DNA of 63,585 nucleotides, counting the filler, from Phoronis australis (Eukaryota > Animalia > Phoronida): assembly GCA_002633005.1 (NCBI GenBank). It is 4 parts of 4 records of this genome, joined end to end, with 100 filler letters (N's around TTAATTAATTAA, not from the genome) between each part and the next. Parts side by side here need not be neighbours in the genome. Positions count along the whole stretch, not along the records: positions 13,369 to 43,816 come from NMRA01000611.1; 3 more parts are not named here. One strand, 5' to 3'. The translations under genes and the position numbers were made by a program. Under the pieces are notes generated by a model, which was given only the letters and a program-made list of their open reading frames with translations, did not search any database and was not told where the DNA came from. Shown in pieces: positions 13,500 to 27,527 of this stretch. Numbering within the stretch: the first letter of the stretch is position 1; each line of letters starts with the position of its first letter.

Positions 13500-14270
13500 T
13501 ACTTGATAGAATCATGGGTAGGAAGTGTACAACAAAGTTGATTGCAGGAATATTTTGAGTAAATGTGAGACCAGAGCATCAAATTTGGACCATGGAAAAC
13601 ACACGCCTAAAATAAGGCATAGTGATAGATTTAACAAAAGTTAACTAATACTAAAATTATTTTAAAATAAGAAGCCTATTATTGCACGACTGCGTGTTGT
13701 ATGGACACAGTGACTTACTCGACAATGTAAGTATTTTAGAAGGAATTGTGATATCGGATTTATTCATACCACAGGCAAAGAGTTCAAAATAGGTTAGTAC
13801 TTTGCTGTGTCCATTGCCCGATATCCTGCTGGTCTGTGAATCTTTTTGATAACTGTGTACAGAAACGTGTTATTGATGTCGTCCAGTGGAATATCCTTAG
13901 TGTGACATTTATTTGGTAACCAACGCACAATTCGAAGGTTTTGACGGCAATCATCTCGGGTTGATCCCAGAACGTCCAGTCCACCACATGCATGCTTTGT
14001 TACAATATAAAACCAGGCGACTGCTTGGTTGATACTCGATAGAATCATGTGGGTATGATGGGATACGATAATTTTATTGCAGATATATTTTGAGTAAATG
14101 TAAACAGCATCAAAATTTGACCGTGTGAAACTAACGCTTAAAATTAACATTGAACAAAAGTTAACCAATACTAACACTATTTTAAAATAAAAACCCTATT
14201 ACAAACTGCACGATCACGTGTGCGGAATGGAGAAGGAAACTTGAGATCGGATTCATTCATACCACAGGCA
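13500..14270. repeat. Diverged local tandem duplication (~0.5-kb period)
   Basis: Blocks gatagaatcat..., aacaaaagttaac.aatactaa, atcggatt.attcataccacaggcaa occur at ~13500-13780 and again at ~14035-14270. Confidence 0.7.
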
Positions 14271-15291
14271 ATAACAATTTCATTCAGGTGACATCAAAAC
14301 AGGTAAACATGTTGTCTTAGGGTCGAATTACAATAATGGGCCTCAAAACAGTACACAGAGTACCTTCACATTTATAAAAAAAGTTATAAAACGCTTAAAC
14401 ACATAAAGATATGAGATATTGAACATGTCCAAATTCCACCAGTCGGCGCGTGCTATGCATTGGAACACATAAAGAGATAAGCAACTGATTCCTGACAGGG
14501 AGACTACACATATGGTATTTTTTAATTACTCAGAAGGCTTGAACATATAGTTTTCTCCGTTACTGTGAGATGTCAGTCATCCATAATATGGTATCACCAA
14601 ATGTTCCATCTATTGCACAGCCTTTAAAGGTTCACTATATTGATAAAAGTACCTAACAATTAACTTTAAAACACATGCATAACAGTACCCCCTTGATAGT
14701 GATATTCAAGTTCATGTGGTAAACCATAGTGTCCACATACTGCAAGAACTTTAAAAAACCGTCAACTGAGAGCAAGAACAGAACAATATCATGGTCATAC
14801 ATATTATGATTGATATATGCAGGAAATACTACACAGACGATTAAATAGTCATTCAAAAGTGATCTAAGTCCATCCATGTCCTGTTTGAAGCTACTTCATG
14901 GAAGAACCAAAGCCTCTAGAAAGGATCCAAAAAGTTTGGCAATGGTCAGTGAGCTGTTGTTTTTATTTACATTTTAGTTTCCTGGTACTAAAAGTGTGCT
15001 TCTCCCCTGTCAATGACTTCGCATCACTAATTTCTGGTCTCATTGATTGTCGAATTAATCAGCATTCCTTTCAGTCGGATTTGTGAACCTTTGGCTTGAC
15101 AGGACCTTTTAAAAAAATTCTAATTTGTTGTATTATAGGTGTTATAACACTTGAGAACCTTCACAGTATCGAGCTGTGTCTTATGTATACCCATGCGGTA
15201 TGAAACGTAAGCAACGTTACTTTACTCCTTCCGTTTTGGATATCCGTAGGTCCCAACGTATCGTGGATATGGGTATGGCGTGTAAATAGAT

Positions 15292-16361
15292 AACAAGAGC
15301 AACGCAGAGCGTTGAAATGCGCCCACAATTGCACCGTATACGGTATCCTTCTAGAGTTGTTTATTGGTACCATAAAGTGGCCAGTAGATGGCATATATGT
15401 AGTATGTTGTACTTTGCAAAAATGGAAAGGCATGGTCATTGTCTCCTCAATAGGCTAGGGGCAAAATATGAGCAATCTTCATAATACACGCACATACTAT
15501 ACATCAGTTGCTTAAAGCACCACAGAAACATAGAATTAAAAACAAATTTACCAACATACGAGATTAGCACAGCATTAGAATGCCAGAAACAAATTTCTAC
15601 TTGGAACTTTTCCTTCATAGTCACGAAGTAACACAAAGTATACACCTGAAGACCTATGAAAATACAGAGGTCAATGTAAAATACTAAAATTGCCACTAGA
15701 GGCATACCGGTAGTCGGAATCATCCTAAAGTCGTCATCGTCCGTTGTCAACATCACATAAATACACTTGCTAAATTTAGTAAAGATCCTGCGAACGGTTT
15801 AGGAGATACAGCCATAGGCGCAAAAAAAAAACTGCCACTAGGAGGCTCCACAGGAGTTCAAATCGTCTGAAAATCATTTGTCAGCTGTCCTCTTCATAGT
15901 AAGCACATACACGCCAATTTTCACAATCATCTTTTGAGCGGTTTGGTTGATAGAGGGGTGGACGCACAACAGACTCGAAAATACTAAAAATGGTCACTAG
16001 GTGGCGCAAACTATGTCGAATTCATCTGAAAACGGGAGGATAGCGTCGTTTTACTAATAGGTGCCTACATACCAAATTTTATGAAAATCCGTTCAAGACT
16101 TTTGAAGATACAAAGGTAAGCGTAAAAAACTAAAATTGCCACTAGGGAGCACACCGGTAGTCGGATCCGTCCGAAAGTTCGCACATGCCGTCCCATTCAT
16201 AAATGGAACATATGTACCAAATTTCATGAAAGTATGTCAAAGGGTTTTGGAGATAAAGCAGCGGACGCCGGACGCCGCCCGGACGGACGGACGGACGGAC
16301 GGACGGACGGACGGAGATGACGGCATAATGCGTCCACATATAAATATGTGGGCGCATAAAA
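15292..16361 (-). mobile_element. Complete non-autonomous Helentron/HINE element with ~150-bp internal repeats
   Basis: Minus-strand 5' end ttttatgcgcccacata..tatgtggacgcat palindrome, then (GTCC)n microsatellite (16280-16313) and four ccactag-containing core repeats. 3' end is tgtgggcgcat + hairpin caacgc-tct-gcgttg + ctcttgtt. Inserted in an A-run of the host array. Confidence 0.85.
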
Positions 16362-19300
16362 ACGTGTATTAATAAAATTTACAAACAGTCGACAAATCAA
16401 TTGTTTTCAATACTGCTTGTGCTTGTGAAATCTGCAAAGGAATTCAATTAAAACTATTCAGCATGCATTCCGGAGTCTTGAACGTAATTTGGGTTTAGTC
16501 ATGCCGTTGTTTTAGTATGTTAGGGCTTGTATTAGAGTGTTAGTGCATTTGTCAGTCGGGATTAGGAAGAGCGCTAGCGTCTGCACAATTGTACCACCAA
16601 GACCTGCAACAAATGTCTAGTGTAACAGATTTGATGGATGCATAGAGATCTATTCATTTGAAGAACATGTGTGTCATCATATCCAAACACTAATACTTGA
16701 GTACAACCCAGAGTACAAGAAAACAAAAGTCAACCCTTAAGAACTATTACAATAATCTGGAAACAACACAGTTTTCACCGGTGGAGAGCTGTAAATGCAA
16801 GACCCAAATGTTATGAATAACATAATTCAATCAGCACTTTCGTCCTTCATGTATCTGTAAAGACAGCATCTCACAGCGTGCGCGCTCTCACGGAAGTGCA
16901 ACTTGCGGGTCATTTTTACCTTTCCGTTTCCGGTTTTATTTTGTGTCGGATATCGGCGACATCTTAGGTTCTCTTCCAGTGGTTGCGAGGTCAAGGTGCT
17001 GCTTGTTCAGGTCCTGTATGAACCTAAAAAGTCTCTATATTTCTTTCTCAGTTTGAATATTTAAATTCATCTCAGAAATAGCTGCTTAAATTTATGTAAA
17101 ACATTGAAATACCAATATTTAAACGCAGTTCACAAAACGAAAATGAAGTGATCATATCTTAGAACATGAAGAGTATTTCCTAGATCACTTCTGGAAAATT
17201 TAGCATTTAAGTAAAATCGACCTTGTTATTGTGACCGCTGTTTTACTATCATTGAGCTCTGTCTTTTGCTAAATACTAAAATTTTGAGAGAATGTGAGCT
17301 GAAACCAGGTGAGAAAGAGTGAAAAAGGAAAAAAGAGATGCCTGAATGACTGACGAGTTAATGTTTCACTTTACTTTTCTATGTTAAACAAACCCGCATG
17401 CAGTCGAAACAAGTAGCTTCCAGGAGATTTACAGCTTATCAGCACCATACCTTTTGTCTCTGGTGTCATTAGTGTAAGTAGTACTGCAGCACATTCCGTA
17501 CCATGTCACTTTTCTCAGTGTCAGATCCTGCATGCTAATGGTATACTAGTCAGCCAAATTCCAGTGGATTGACGAAAGGCCAAGTCGCTAAAAATCTACA
17601 ATGAGGTTAAAAGGAAATCAACACGTCCGAAGTAGTATAACCTATATGTCCTCAAATGAAAACTAGAAATGAGGAAAGGTATGACCTAAGGTATAAATTC
17701 ACGGTTTTTTAGTCTTCAAATTCGAAGATCAACTCAAGTCCTAAACCCCATTAGTTCGAAAGCTAAAAGTTCAAACTTTCATGACACGAGGTTCCGAAAG
17801 GCGATTTCGAGCAAAATGTTCGGTAATTTGGAAGCACATGCCTGTTTGACACTAGTTCTTCGAAGAGCCTGTGTTTCTGGAAAGGAGGCAAACAAAGTGG
17901 TCACCACCACTAAAGTTTTGCTGTTCCGCTGCTGTTGAGGTTTCTGGTATCATAAATCTTGAAACCAGTTTTGATCTAACTATCTTTTCTGTTGGAGTTG
18001 TGAACACTTGACCAAATAGGGTCTTTTTAAAAACATTTCATTTTCCGTATCATTGGGTGTCAGCACTTGAGAACCTTCAGAGTGACGGACTGCATCCAAA
18101 ATATATAGTGGCATTAAACGGTAACAACGTTAGTTCACCTACATAATTTTCATCTTAAATACTTCTTCATCCGTTTTGGTTATCCGAGGTTCACAGCGTA
18201 TCGTTGAGGTACGGTTATACCGCGTAAATAGACAAACACCTGTATTAATGAACTTTTCAAACAATCGACAAATCAACAGTTTTCAATTTGTCACTCGGAG
18301 GTCAATTGAAAAATCCTTGTCTCTACGCCGATAGAAATCGGTCACGGGAACCATTGTTCATCTCCATCTGGTTGTGGCATCTCCAGAGGAATTCAAATAA
18401 CACCATTCAGCACGTATTTTGTGACCTTGAACGTCCTTTGGATTAATCCATGCGTCTTTCCAGGTATGTAAGGGCAATTGTTGGGTGGGATTAGAAAGTG
18501 CGTTTGCGTCAACGCGAAAGCACAAGCAAGAAAAATAACAAACGTCTAGTCCAAGCGAATTGTAAATACAATTGACAAATGGGCAGATCTATTCACAAGA
18601 GTAAATGTGCGTCATCACGGCCTAAGCATTAATACATGAGTAGAACCAAGGGTACAACTAAAATGCAGGCAACACTTGAAGTCTATTACAACGAAATGGA
18701 CACCAAACAGTGGTAACAGGTGAAGACCAAAGTCTTATCAATAACGACAGTTACCCCTATCGTGCTTCATGCATCGGGTAAGACAGCACCTCATTGCATG
18801 TGGCCTGACGCAAGAGGCAACTTCCGGGCTTCTGTTACCTTTCTGACTCTGATGTCTTTTTGTGTTAGTGGCTCAACGACATGTTTGGTTTGTTGCCAGT
18901 GGTGAATCCTGCTTGTTCAGATCCTGTATGACCCTAAAATAAGTGTTAAGTACATTTCTCAGAAATAGCTCTTCAGATTTATGTGAAACATTTAAATACT
19001 ATTATTTAAACGTCGTTCACAAAACGGAAATGAAATGATCATATTTTAGATTATTAACAGTGTTTCCGATACCACTTCTGAAATATTTTTATCAAATGAA
19101 ATTCGATATTGTTATTGACACAGTTGTTTTACAAATAATGTGCTTTTCTCTTTTGCTAAATTTTGCAGTTTTTGAGAGATTGTGCCCTGGAACCAGGTAT
19201 GAAACAGTGTACGTGAATAAAGACGGTGCCTGAACGAGTAGCGAATAGAATTTTCACTTTATTTTTCCCTATCAAGCAAGTTGCACATAGGAGTACACAC

Positions 19301-19608
19301 GTCCTGGACGTTTACAGATGAACTGCACCACACCGTTTGACTCTGTCTTTCGTCATAGTGGTCCTGCAACACATTTGATATATTGTCAAAGCTTGCAACT
19401 TCAGTTATCACACGTGGATGGTATATTAGTCAGCCAAAGTCTGGTTGTTGGACACTGGGACAAGTCGCTAAAAATGAACCCCTTGAAAGTGATAAAGCAA
19501 TACGACCTGAATTGAAATTTACAAGTGAGAAGGTGTTTGGGCCGAAAGTATGAAATCACGTATTCCTCGGTTTCAAGGTTACCTAGACCAAGAATCCATA
19601 AATCTTAA

Positions 19609-21289
19609 AGGCGAATGCCACCCGATTTAATTAGTCTTTTTTGCCGTCTGAATCGGTCTATTTCCACATCGTCTCGCATACGGTCGACCTTACCTTGCCA
19701 AGAGGTGTCGCGTTAACCTGTGAGGAAGGTGAGAAACGACGCTAGCGACGTCAGTGGTTCATATGCAGAGTGAATGCCGTTATGTTGTGGTGTATCGTTC
19801 CCGCTTGTCCGAACTAAGCAGGGGCGAGAAAAGCGAGTATATCGTTTTTTTTTTTTACTTCCTCGAGAGTCCGAAATGCTTAGGAAGTGGCTCATGGTAG
19901 TGAAGAATTAAATTTACGCTGTAAATAGCAAGCATGAGGCCGTGAAACATCTCCGAGTCTGTGGCCTGCAGACGACGTCGACAGTGCCTCACGAATGCCG
20001 GCTTACCAAATAACTCCATACGTTCCGTTGTCTGAGCTTGTTCACAGCGCCTCTCTAGTATTTCTTCATCACTGTATTCCTGTTCGAATTGATAGCCTGT
20101 AAAACTTAACGATCCACCTGCGAAGTCGGGACTGATGAGCTCTAGCTCGTCCTAAGTCGGGATTGCGAGTTGCCATGTTGGCGTTTATTAGTGAGCGTTC
20201 TGTTTTAAAATGAATTATTCTCACCCTAACCAATACTTATATAAAACTGAAACAAAGTCTGTCTCATTAGATGCAATTTGTAATGCCTTTGGAGTGTTCG
20301 TGAGTGCATATGATTTGAGAAGCCAGCAGTGAATAAATCCCTGCGTTACCTGCTTTAGGTGCAATAAAACTAATTGACGGGACACCGAGACCGTGTGAGC
20401 TCATGCTAATTTAGTGTTTGCTGGCAGAAACTGTTGTGAAACAACTCGATTTCTATCCCACGACCAGGTGTTAGGAGAATCTTTATTTACATTTACATTA
20501 CTCAAATAATGATTGTCAATGTACAACTTCTGCCCTGACGGTGCTGTGGCCCAAAGCGGAACTGAATTCGCAGCCCCCGGCGAGTAAGTAGATTTGCAGT
20601 TTCGTGGCTAATTCACCAACAATCACGTGCACATTACTTTGGCTCACTAGTATAGTATTTTCTTGACTGAAAGTTTAGTTTCCACTGAATTTTGGCTGGT
20701 TTGTTCGTGGTGTCTGATCAGTTTCCGAACCACTGGCCGGGATAACGAGTTAATCCGGCCGGCCGCGACGGGCATGATGGGGCTCCGAGCCACTGGCCAG
20801 GATACCAAGAGTTTTGTTTTTAGCACTCAGAAAATCACAAGTCTAAACAACACAGATCTAGGTTCTCCTGTCTGTATCTCATGGAAAATACTTCGAAATT
20901 ATCTCCGAACACACCCCAAACGCCTGCTACGGACCTTATTGGCCTGTCGAACTTTGTAGGCTACGGTGTGTCCAAATACCAATAAATCCGTAACAGCGAA
21001 ATAAAACAACACGTTTTTGTAAGAACTCGGTGTATTTCTAAGGGTTTTACATCGAAGTTTGATGATTTATTGGTGTTAAACGATGACTCCAAGCGATAAG
21101 CTGACACCAGTAACCCGTGTTGTGAACTGCTGAACAGAATGCGTGTGAAAACGATGACGTAATTGGATAATTGCAAGACCTCCGTCTGCCGTCAGGTGTC
21201 AGGTAACGCAACCGCACGTGTAGTTATGGAGTAGAATTACTCGATCTAAATTGATACAAATTAGGTTGTTTTTTGGGTCGCATGCTCCT
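19609..21289 (+). mobile_element. Kolobok-type non-autonomous element, family A copy 1
   Basis: TTAA TSD (19605-08, 21290-93); termini aggcgaatgccaccc / gggtcgcatgctcct. Decayed THAP and KolX-like starts; colinear with 49116-50780. Confidence 0.88.
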
Positions 21290-24153
21290 TTAATATCCAC
21301 TGAAGTCCGAAAGCTTATCATTTTCAAAAATAAACGTTCGATCTTTCAGGACACGAAGTTTTGAAAAGTGATTTCGTGAAAAATTTTGGAGTTAGTTTCT
21401 ATACACATGCCGTTTGAAACTAGCGATTCGAAGAGCCAGTGCTTCTCAATGGGATCCAAACAAATTTTGTCAATGCTTACTGAGCTGCTACATTTAATTA
21501 CATTATCAAATTTTGATATACAGCCAGTAAAATTTTGCTGCTCTGTTTTCAGACCTCGTCAATAGTTTCAACTAGACCTTCTTTTTGTTGGATATGTGAA
21601 CCTTCGGACTCGAGGTCCTTTTGAAAACGTTTTCATTTGTCAAAGGTTTCAGGTATAATAGACCTTCGGACTAGTTTCGAACTAACTATCTTTTTCTGTC
21701 AGATTTGTGAAGCCTCGGGGTTAAAGGGCTCTTTTAGAAATATTTTCAATTGTCAGATGATTTGCCTTTAGACTTGTGAACCTTAGTATAGAGCTCTACC
21801 CTATTTATACCAATTCAGTATGAATCGCAAGCAAAATTATATTACATTCTTAATTTTAGTCTTCGCTTGTCATTCTTCTTCTTCCATTCTCCTTCTTCGG
21901 TCTTGGTAATCCGGGGGTCGCAACGTATTGTTGTTGTGTGTGTATAGCAAGTAAATGAACAAAACCGCGGAATAATAAAATTTACAAACATTTGAGAAAT
22001 CAATTGTTGTTTTCCATTTGATACTTGAATAATCAATGTAATTGAAAAATCCTTCTCCATGCCACGGGTGTAATCGATCAAGGGAACCACTGATCAGCTC
22101 CACCTGGTTATGGCATCTGCAGAGGAACTCAGTTAACAGCATTCAGCATGAACACAGGATCGTCATTTGGATTCAGTCATGCTGTTCTTTAGTGTGTTAG
22201 GGTATGTGTTAGTATGTTAGCGCAAATTTTGGTCGAAATTAGAAAGAGTTTTATCGTCAATACGAATGTACCAGCAAGACAAGTAACAAACGACAAGGGA
22301 AAGCGGATGGTGATAGATTTGGTGCATGGAGATGTGTATCCATTTAAAGTACATGTGCGTCATCACGAACCAAGCACTAAAACTTGAGTACAAGCCAGAG
22401 TACAAGTAAAATACCGTTATCACTTTAAAGCTGTTATAATGATCAAGACACCGCAAAATTGTCACAAGTGTCAGTCAAACCAAAATGTTGTCAATAACGA
22501 GTTACACACCTCTATGGTCCTTCATGTATCTTTTTGGGCAGCATCTCATGATGCAGCCTAAGGGAGAGTGCAAATTAAGGGATTTTCTACGCTTCCGATT
22601 ATGGTATCGTTTTGTGTTGGTGGTTCAGCGACATCTTTTGTTCTGTGCCAGTGATGGTAAGATCAGTGTCCTGCTTGTTCAGATCCTATAAGACCCTGGA
22701 ACAAACTTCCATATTTCTCTAACTTTAAACGTTTATATCTCAGAAATAGCTGTTCTTATTCATGTAGCACTTCCAAATACTGTGATTTAAAGACAGTTCA
22801 CAAAACAAAAATGAAGAGCATATTTTAGAATGTTAATAGAGTTCTGAGGTCACTTCTGGAACACTTTCATGAAATGAAATTCGATCTTGTTATTGATATC
22901 ATTGTTTTACCATTAAAGTGGTTTTGCCTTTTGCTAAATTTTACGGTTTTTGAGGGACTTTGCCCTGAAACTAGATGTAATACAATGCATATGAATAAAA
23001 ATAGATGCCTGAATGACTTGACTTTTCCAAATCAAACAAGGCTTCTGTGCAGTTTTGATGACTTGTAGAACACACAGACAGTCGAAGCATTTAACTTCCA
23101 GGATATTTAGGGGTGAACGGCACCATACCTTTTGCCTCTGATGTCATTCCTGTGAGAGGTCCAGCGGCACCTTTGGTACACTCTCACTGCTCGCGACGTC
23201 AGATCCCGCATGACAATGGTATACTAGTCAGCCAATGTCCAGTGGTTTGATGAAATTAGGTCAATTCCTTAAAGCCTACAAAGATGTTCAAACAAAGTCA
23301 TCTCACTGGAAGCAATGAAACCTTATGATCTGAATTGAAAAGTACAAGTGAGAAAGAGTGTGAGCAGAAGGTATGAAATCACTTATTCATTGGTCCGAAG
23401 GTTTGCAAGTCCAAAAATCCAAAAATCCAAAGGTCCAAGCTAGGTCGAAAGTCCATTAGTTTGAAAGCTAAAATTTCGAACTTTCATTTATTTCAGTTAG
23501 CAAATTGTTCGGAGATTTGTATGCACGTTGCTGTTTGAAACTACTTTTTGGAAGTGCCACTGCCTCCTCTCGAAAGGATCCGAACAATGTTCGACAGCAC
23601 TGAAACGCTGTTACAATGATTTGAACACCACAAAGTTGACACAGGTAGACAAATGTAACTGCAAGTATCAGCCAGACAAAATGTTATCAATAACGAAAGT
23701 TTCATACCTCTAACGTCCTTCGTGTACCGTGTAAGACAGCATCTCATGGCGCGCCCTCACGGAAGGTGCAACTTCAGAGATTTTTTTTACCTTTCCAAGT
23801 ACGGTATCAATTGAGTAGGTGGTTCAGTGTTATCTTTGGTTCTCTGTCAGTAGTGGTGAGGTCATTGTTGTTCAGATCATGTATTATCTTTGGAATAACG
23901 TTCAAATTTCTCTAACTTTGTCCACCGTTCGAAGAATGACCAAGTCGCTATTAAATCTGCAATACGGTTAAAAGGAAACCAAGCCTTTAGAAGCGATAAA
24001 ACCTACAAAACTTCAATTTAAAACTAGAAGTGAGAAAGTGTTTTTGCTGAAGGTATGAAATCATGGCTTTCATTTTTCCGAAGGTTTTCAAGTCCACAAA
24101 TACACGCAAGTACGAAAGCCCATAACTGCGAAAGCTAAAACTTCAAACTTTAA

Positions 24154-26107
24154 GGTAGGTGTATACACTGATCAAATCTCCAGGTTCCTAACTAAAATGA
24201 GTAAAAAGGGAGTTTTAACTAGTTAGACATGACTCTGAAAGTGACAAAAATCGAAAAAAAATGTTTTTTTTGTAGTTCGTTTTTTTAAAAAATCGTATTT
24301 TTTAATTTTCAACAAATCCAATTTTACCTCGAATTTTTTTTCAAAATGCACAGGGATCATCATCAGCTATTTCCTTACGCAATATTCTACTTATCCATAC
24401 CAAATATATGTATAAAATCATTATGATCTTGATTTTGTGGCATTTTTTGTGTGTGAGTTGGGGCAAGCACGCCACTTTTTGTCATTTGGTCACTTTCCGT
24501 CTAATAACTAAAAATCTGGTCCATTTATCAAAAAACCCTGGCACGCGATTTTACTTCAGTCCAAGAGGATTTCAAATTTGCAACTTTCGTTAAAATTGAC
24601 CCACGTGTTGTGGAAAAATAGGCCCGAGAATCGTGTCACTATCCTGAAATCACGAGCCGAGAAAAACGGCTTTGAAGTTAAGCGGTCATCGATTGCCACT
24701 TGAGATCAAATTTCGTTCAGAATGCGTGGTCATTATGTTCCAATTTTTGTTGAAGTACTAGAAATAAAGCTGATATTTACTTCATATTTAGAAAATGTGA
24801 CATACCTGTTTGTTTACAGCGTAATTTTAATCATTTTTTCGAACTTGTGATGCACGACAGACGACCAAAACAAATATGGCTGTCACGTGGGCGGAGCTTA
24901 GCGTTGATCTATTGTCTGCTGTACTGGTGTGCCGACCACCATGTGTTGATTGTTTATACGATTCATCTGAACTCTCCACTCAGTTTGTAAAAGACTCTCT
25001 AACTATATTACACAGACCTATTTGTTAGTATTCCAATATTATCATCAACCAATATATGTGTTATATCAAATCGCCGCGTTACTGCCTACATAACAATATT
25101 GGCGACGAGGATAAAGAACTACTTTCATAGTAATGGTTCAACATTTTTACGTGCCTGTACCGAATGGACTTTGGGATAAGAAAATATCACTTTCTGCGCA
25201 AATAGCGCCGCTTGGGTGAGATTCTCAAGTTACTAAAGTTTCTTATATTGCTTTCCTCTAAAATCGTATAATATCATGAGTTTTAATTCAGGGTTACGTT
25301 TGAATCTATGCACTAGAAAATTTTTTGTTATGTTGAACACTGGGTCATTTCTCTAATTCTTTGGGTTACGGCCAGTAGCAAGTTAAAAATCCTCTGGGTT
25401 TGACAGCCTAGTTTCTCCACGGCACGTTCCCAGCACAGAAGCACGGTTTATCTGCGAAGACTCTACTCTGACGGCATGTAGTTGTCCATGTGTCGCGTGC
25501 GCGGCTTGTCTTCACAGCGCGTGCATGCTTTCTCACCGAATCGTGCAACACCACCCACGTCGACACTCAGCGTCCTCTCGCAAGACAACTGACCTTATAT
25601 TACCGACTTCTCTTATACATGCACAATTTCTACACGGACTCCTCAAGCTGAGTGCAGTGATGGCTTCGGTAGGGCTTGGCGTACTCAACTTGATTTTTTT
25701 TGCAGATAGACAAACAGGCTCAGGCTCGGAACAGGAGCTAGTTCACCATTTCACTACTAACTTTCACATGGTCAAAAATAGAATTGTTTTATTCTTGGTC
25801 TTGCTACAACACCAATATCAGCTGGTACATCACACTCGATTGCCCGGTTACGCAATGCTTGTTGACAGGGTTAGATTAGAGCTAGTGTCCTTGTATATAA
25901 GCTCCGCCCCAGTTGTCAATCACTGAGCTGGTGAGCACTCAAGCCATATGACATACTGAGGCTTGGTCAAATATAGCTAAAAAACAACTTTGGATTTTCA
26001 GAATGATTTTATTTTTCATCAGTATACTGTGCATCAAAAATTAAAGATTAGGATGATATGAAAATGTAAAAAACAGTCAAAATTAATTTTTTGTGTATCC
26101 ACCTACC
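24154..26107 (-). mobile_element. Kolobok-type element, family B, with transposase N-terminal relic
   Basis: TTAA TSD (24150-53, 26108-11) and 15-bp TIR ggtaggtg(t/g)atacac. Minus-strand relic ~25420-25640 reads CRNC..VVLREDAECRRGW..QINRASVLG. Removing the element restores the host array unit. Confidence 0.85.
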
Positions 26108-26615
26108 TTAATGACATGAGATTCTGAACGGTGATTTAGAACAATATATTTTGGGATATTAAACACTCGAAGAGCCAGTGCCTCTGGAAAAGATCCAAAC
26201 ACAGTTCAGCAATGTGCAATGAGCTTTCGCTTTCATTTACATTGGCAAACTCTGTTTTACCGCCACTAAAATTTTGCTGCTTCGCTGTCGTTGACTTAGA
26301 ATAACCGGCTTCTGGTTTCGTGGCCTTATTTCGGACAAAGTAATTTTCTTGTCTGTCGGAATCGTGAACCTTTGGCCTGATAGGGCATTTTTAAAAACAG
26401 TTTCATTTCTCGTGTTATGGGTGTTTGAACTGCAGTTATTTATATTAATGCAGTATGAAACGCAACCAACGTTAGTTTACCTTCATAATTTTCATTCTAA
26501 ATCCTTCTCCTGTTTTGGTTATCCGTGGGTCGCAGCACATCGTTGGGGTATGTGTATGGCTTGTAAATAGACAAAAACGTGTATTTTACAAACAACCGAC
26601 AAAATCAAATTTTTC

Positions 26616-27527
26616 AATTTGCCACCAAGAAGCGCCACAGTAGTCAATTTCGTCGGAACAAGACCGTCGGCCGACCTTTTTACAGTAAAAATATGTATGC
26701 CAAGTTTTAAAATCATCCAAAGAGGTTGACAGAGGGGCAGATGACACAAAGACTCAAAAACAGTAAAAAATAGCCACTAGGTGCCGCAAAATAATCCCAA
26801 TCCATACGGAAATGAAAGATAGGCACCATTCTACTAATATATGCCTATCTGCCAAATTTTATAAAAATCCGTCAAAGAACCTTTGAATATACAGACTTTA
26901 GGTAAACTTAAAAAAAAATAAATTGCCACTAGGAGGCACACCAGTAGTCCAATCCGTCCTGAAATCGTTGTCATTAGTTGTCAACTTAATATAAAGATAC
27001 TTGCTAAATTTAATAAAGATCTTGCAGAGCCATGGGCTTGGCGCAAAATCAAAGGAAAATGCCACTAGGAGGTGTCACGGTAGTCGAAGTCGTCGGAAAG
27101 CTGTTGTCAGCTGCCTTCTTCACAGTAAAAACATATATGCCAATTTTCACAATCATCCTTAGAGTGGTTTGTTTGATGGAGGGGTAGGCGCCAAAAATTT
27201 AATAGAGGGCAGTAAAATTTGCCATTAGGTGTCATCCGAAAACGATCGAGAGGATAGCGTCATCTTATTGACCCATGAGCCAAGTTTTATGAAAATCCGA
27301 TGAACTTTGAAGAAACAGAGATAAACGAAAAAATGCCACCGGTAGGCGGATCCGTCCGAAATTCGTCGTCAACTGTCGTCAGCCTTGTAGAAGCACATCT
27401 GCCAAATCTCATCAAGGTCCTGTGGGGATTTAAGAGATACAGCTGTGGACGCCGTATCCCGGACGCCCGGACAACCGGGCAGGCAGAGATGACAAACACT
27501 CACATATAAATATGCGGGCGAATAAAA
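26616..27527 (-). mobile_element. HINE element, diverged partial copy of the 15292-16361 family
   Basis: Same ccactagg core repeats (about six) and end cacatataaatatgcgggcgaataaaa; 3' hairpin end missing. Confidence 0.8.

Noticed and set aside
15436-15756. 106-aa ORF conserved with 61810-62115
   Set aside because: Conservation is DNA-level identity between HINE copies; no protein motif.
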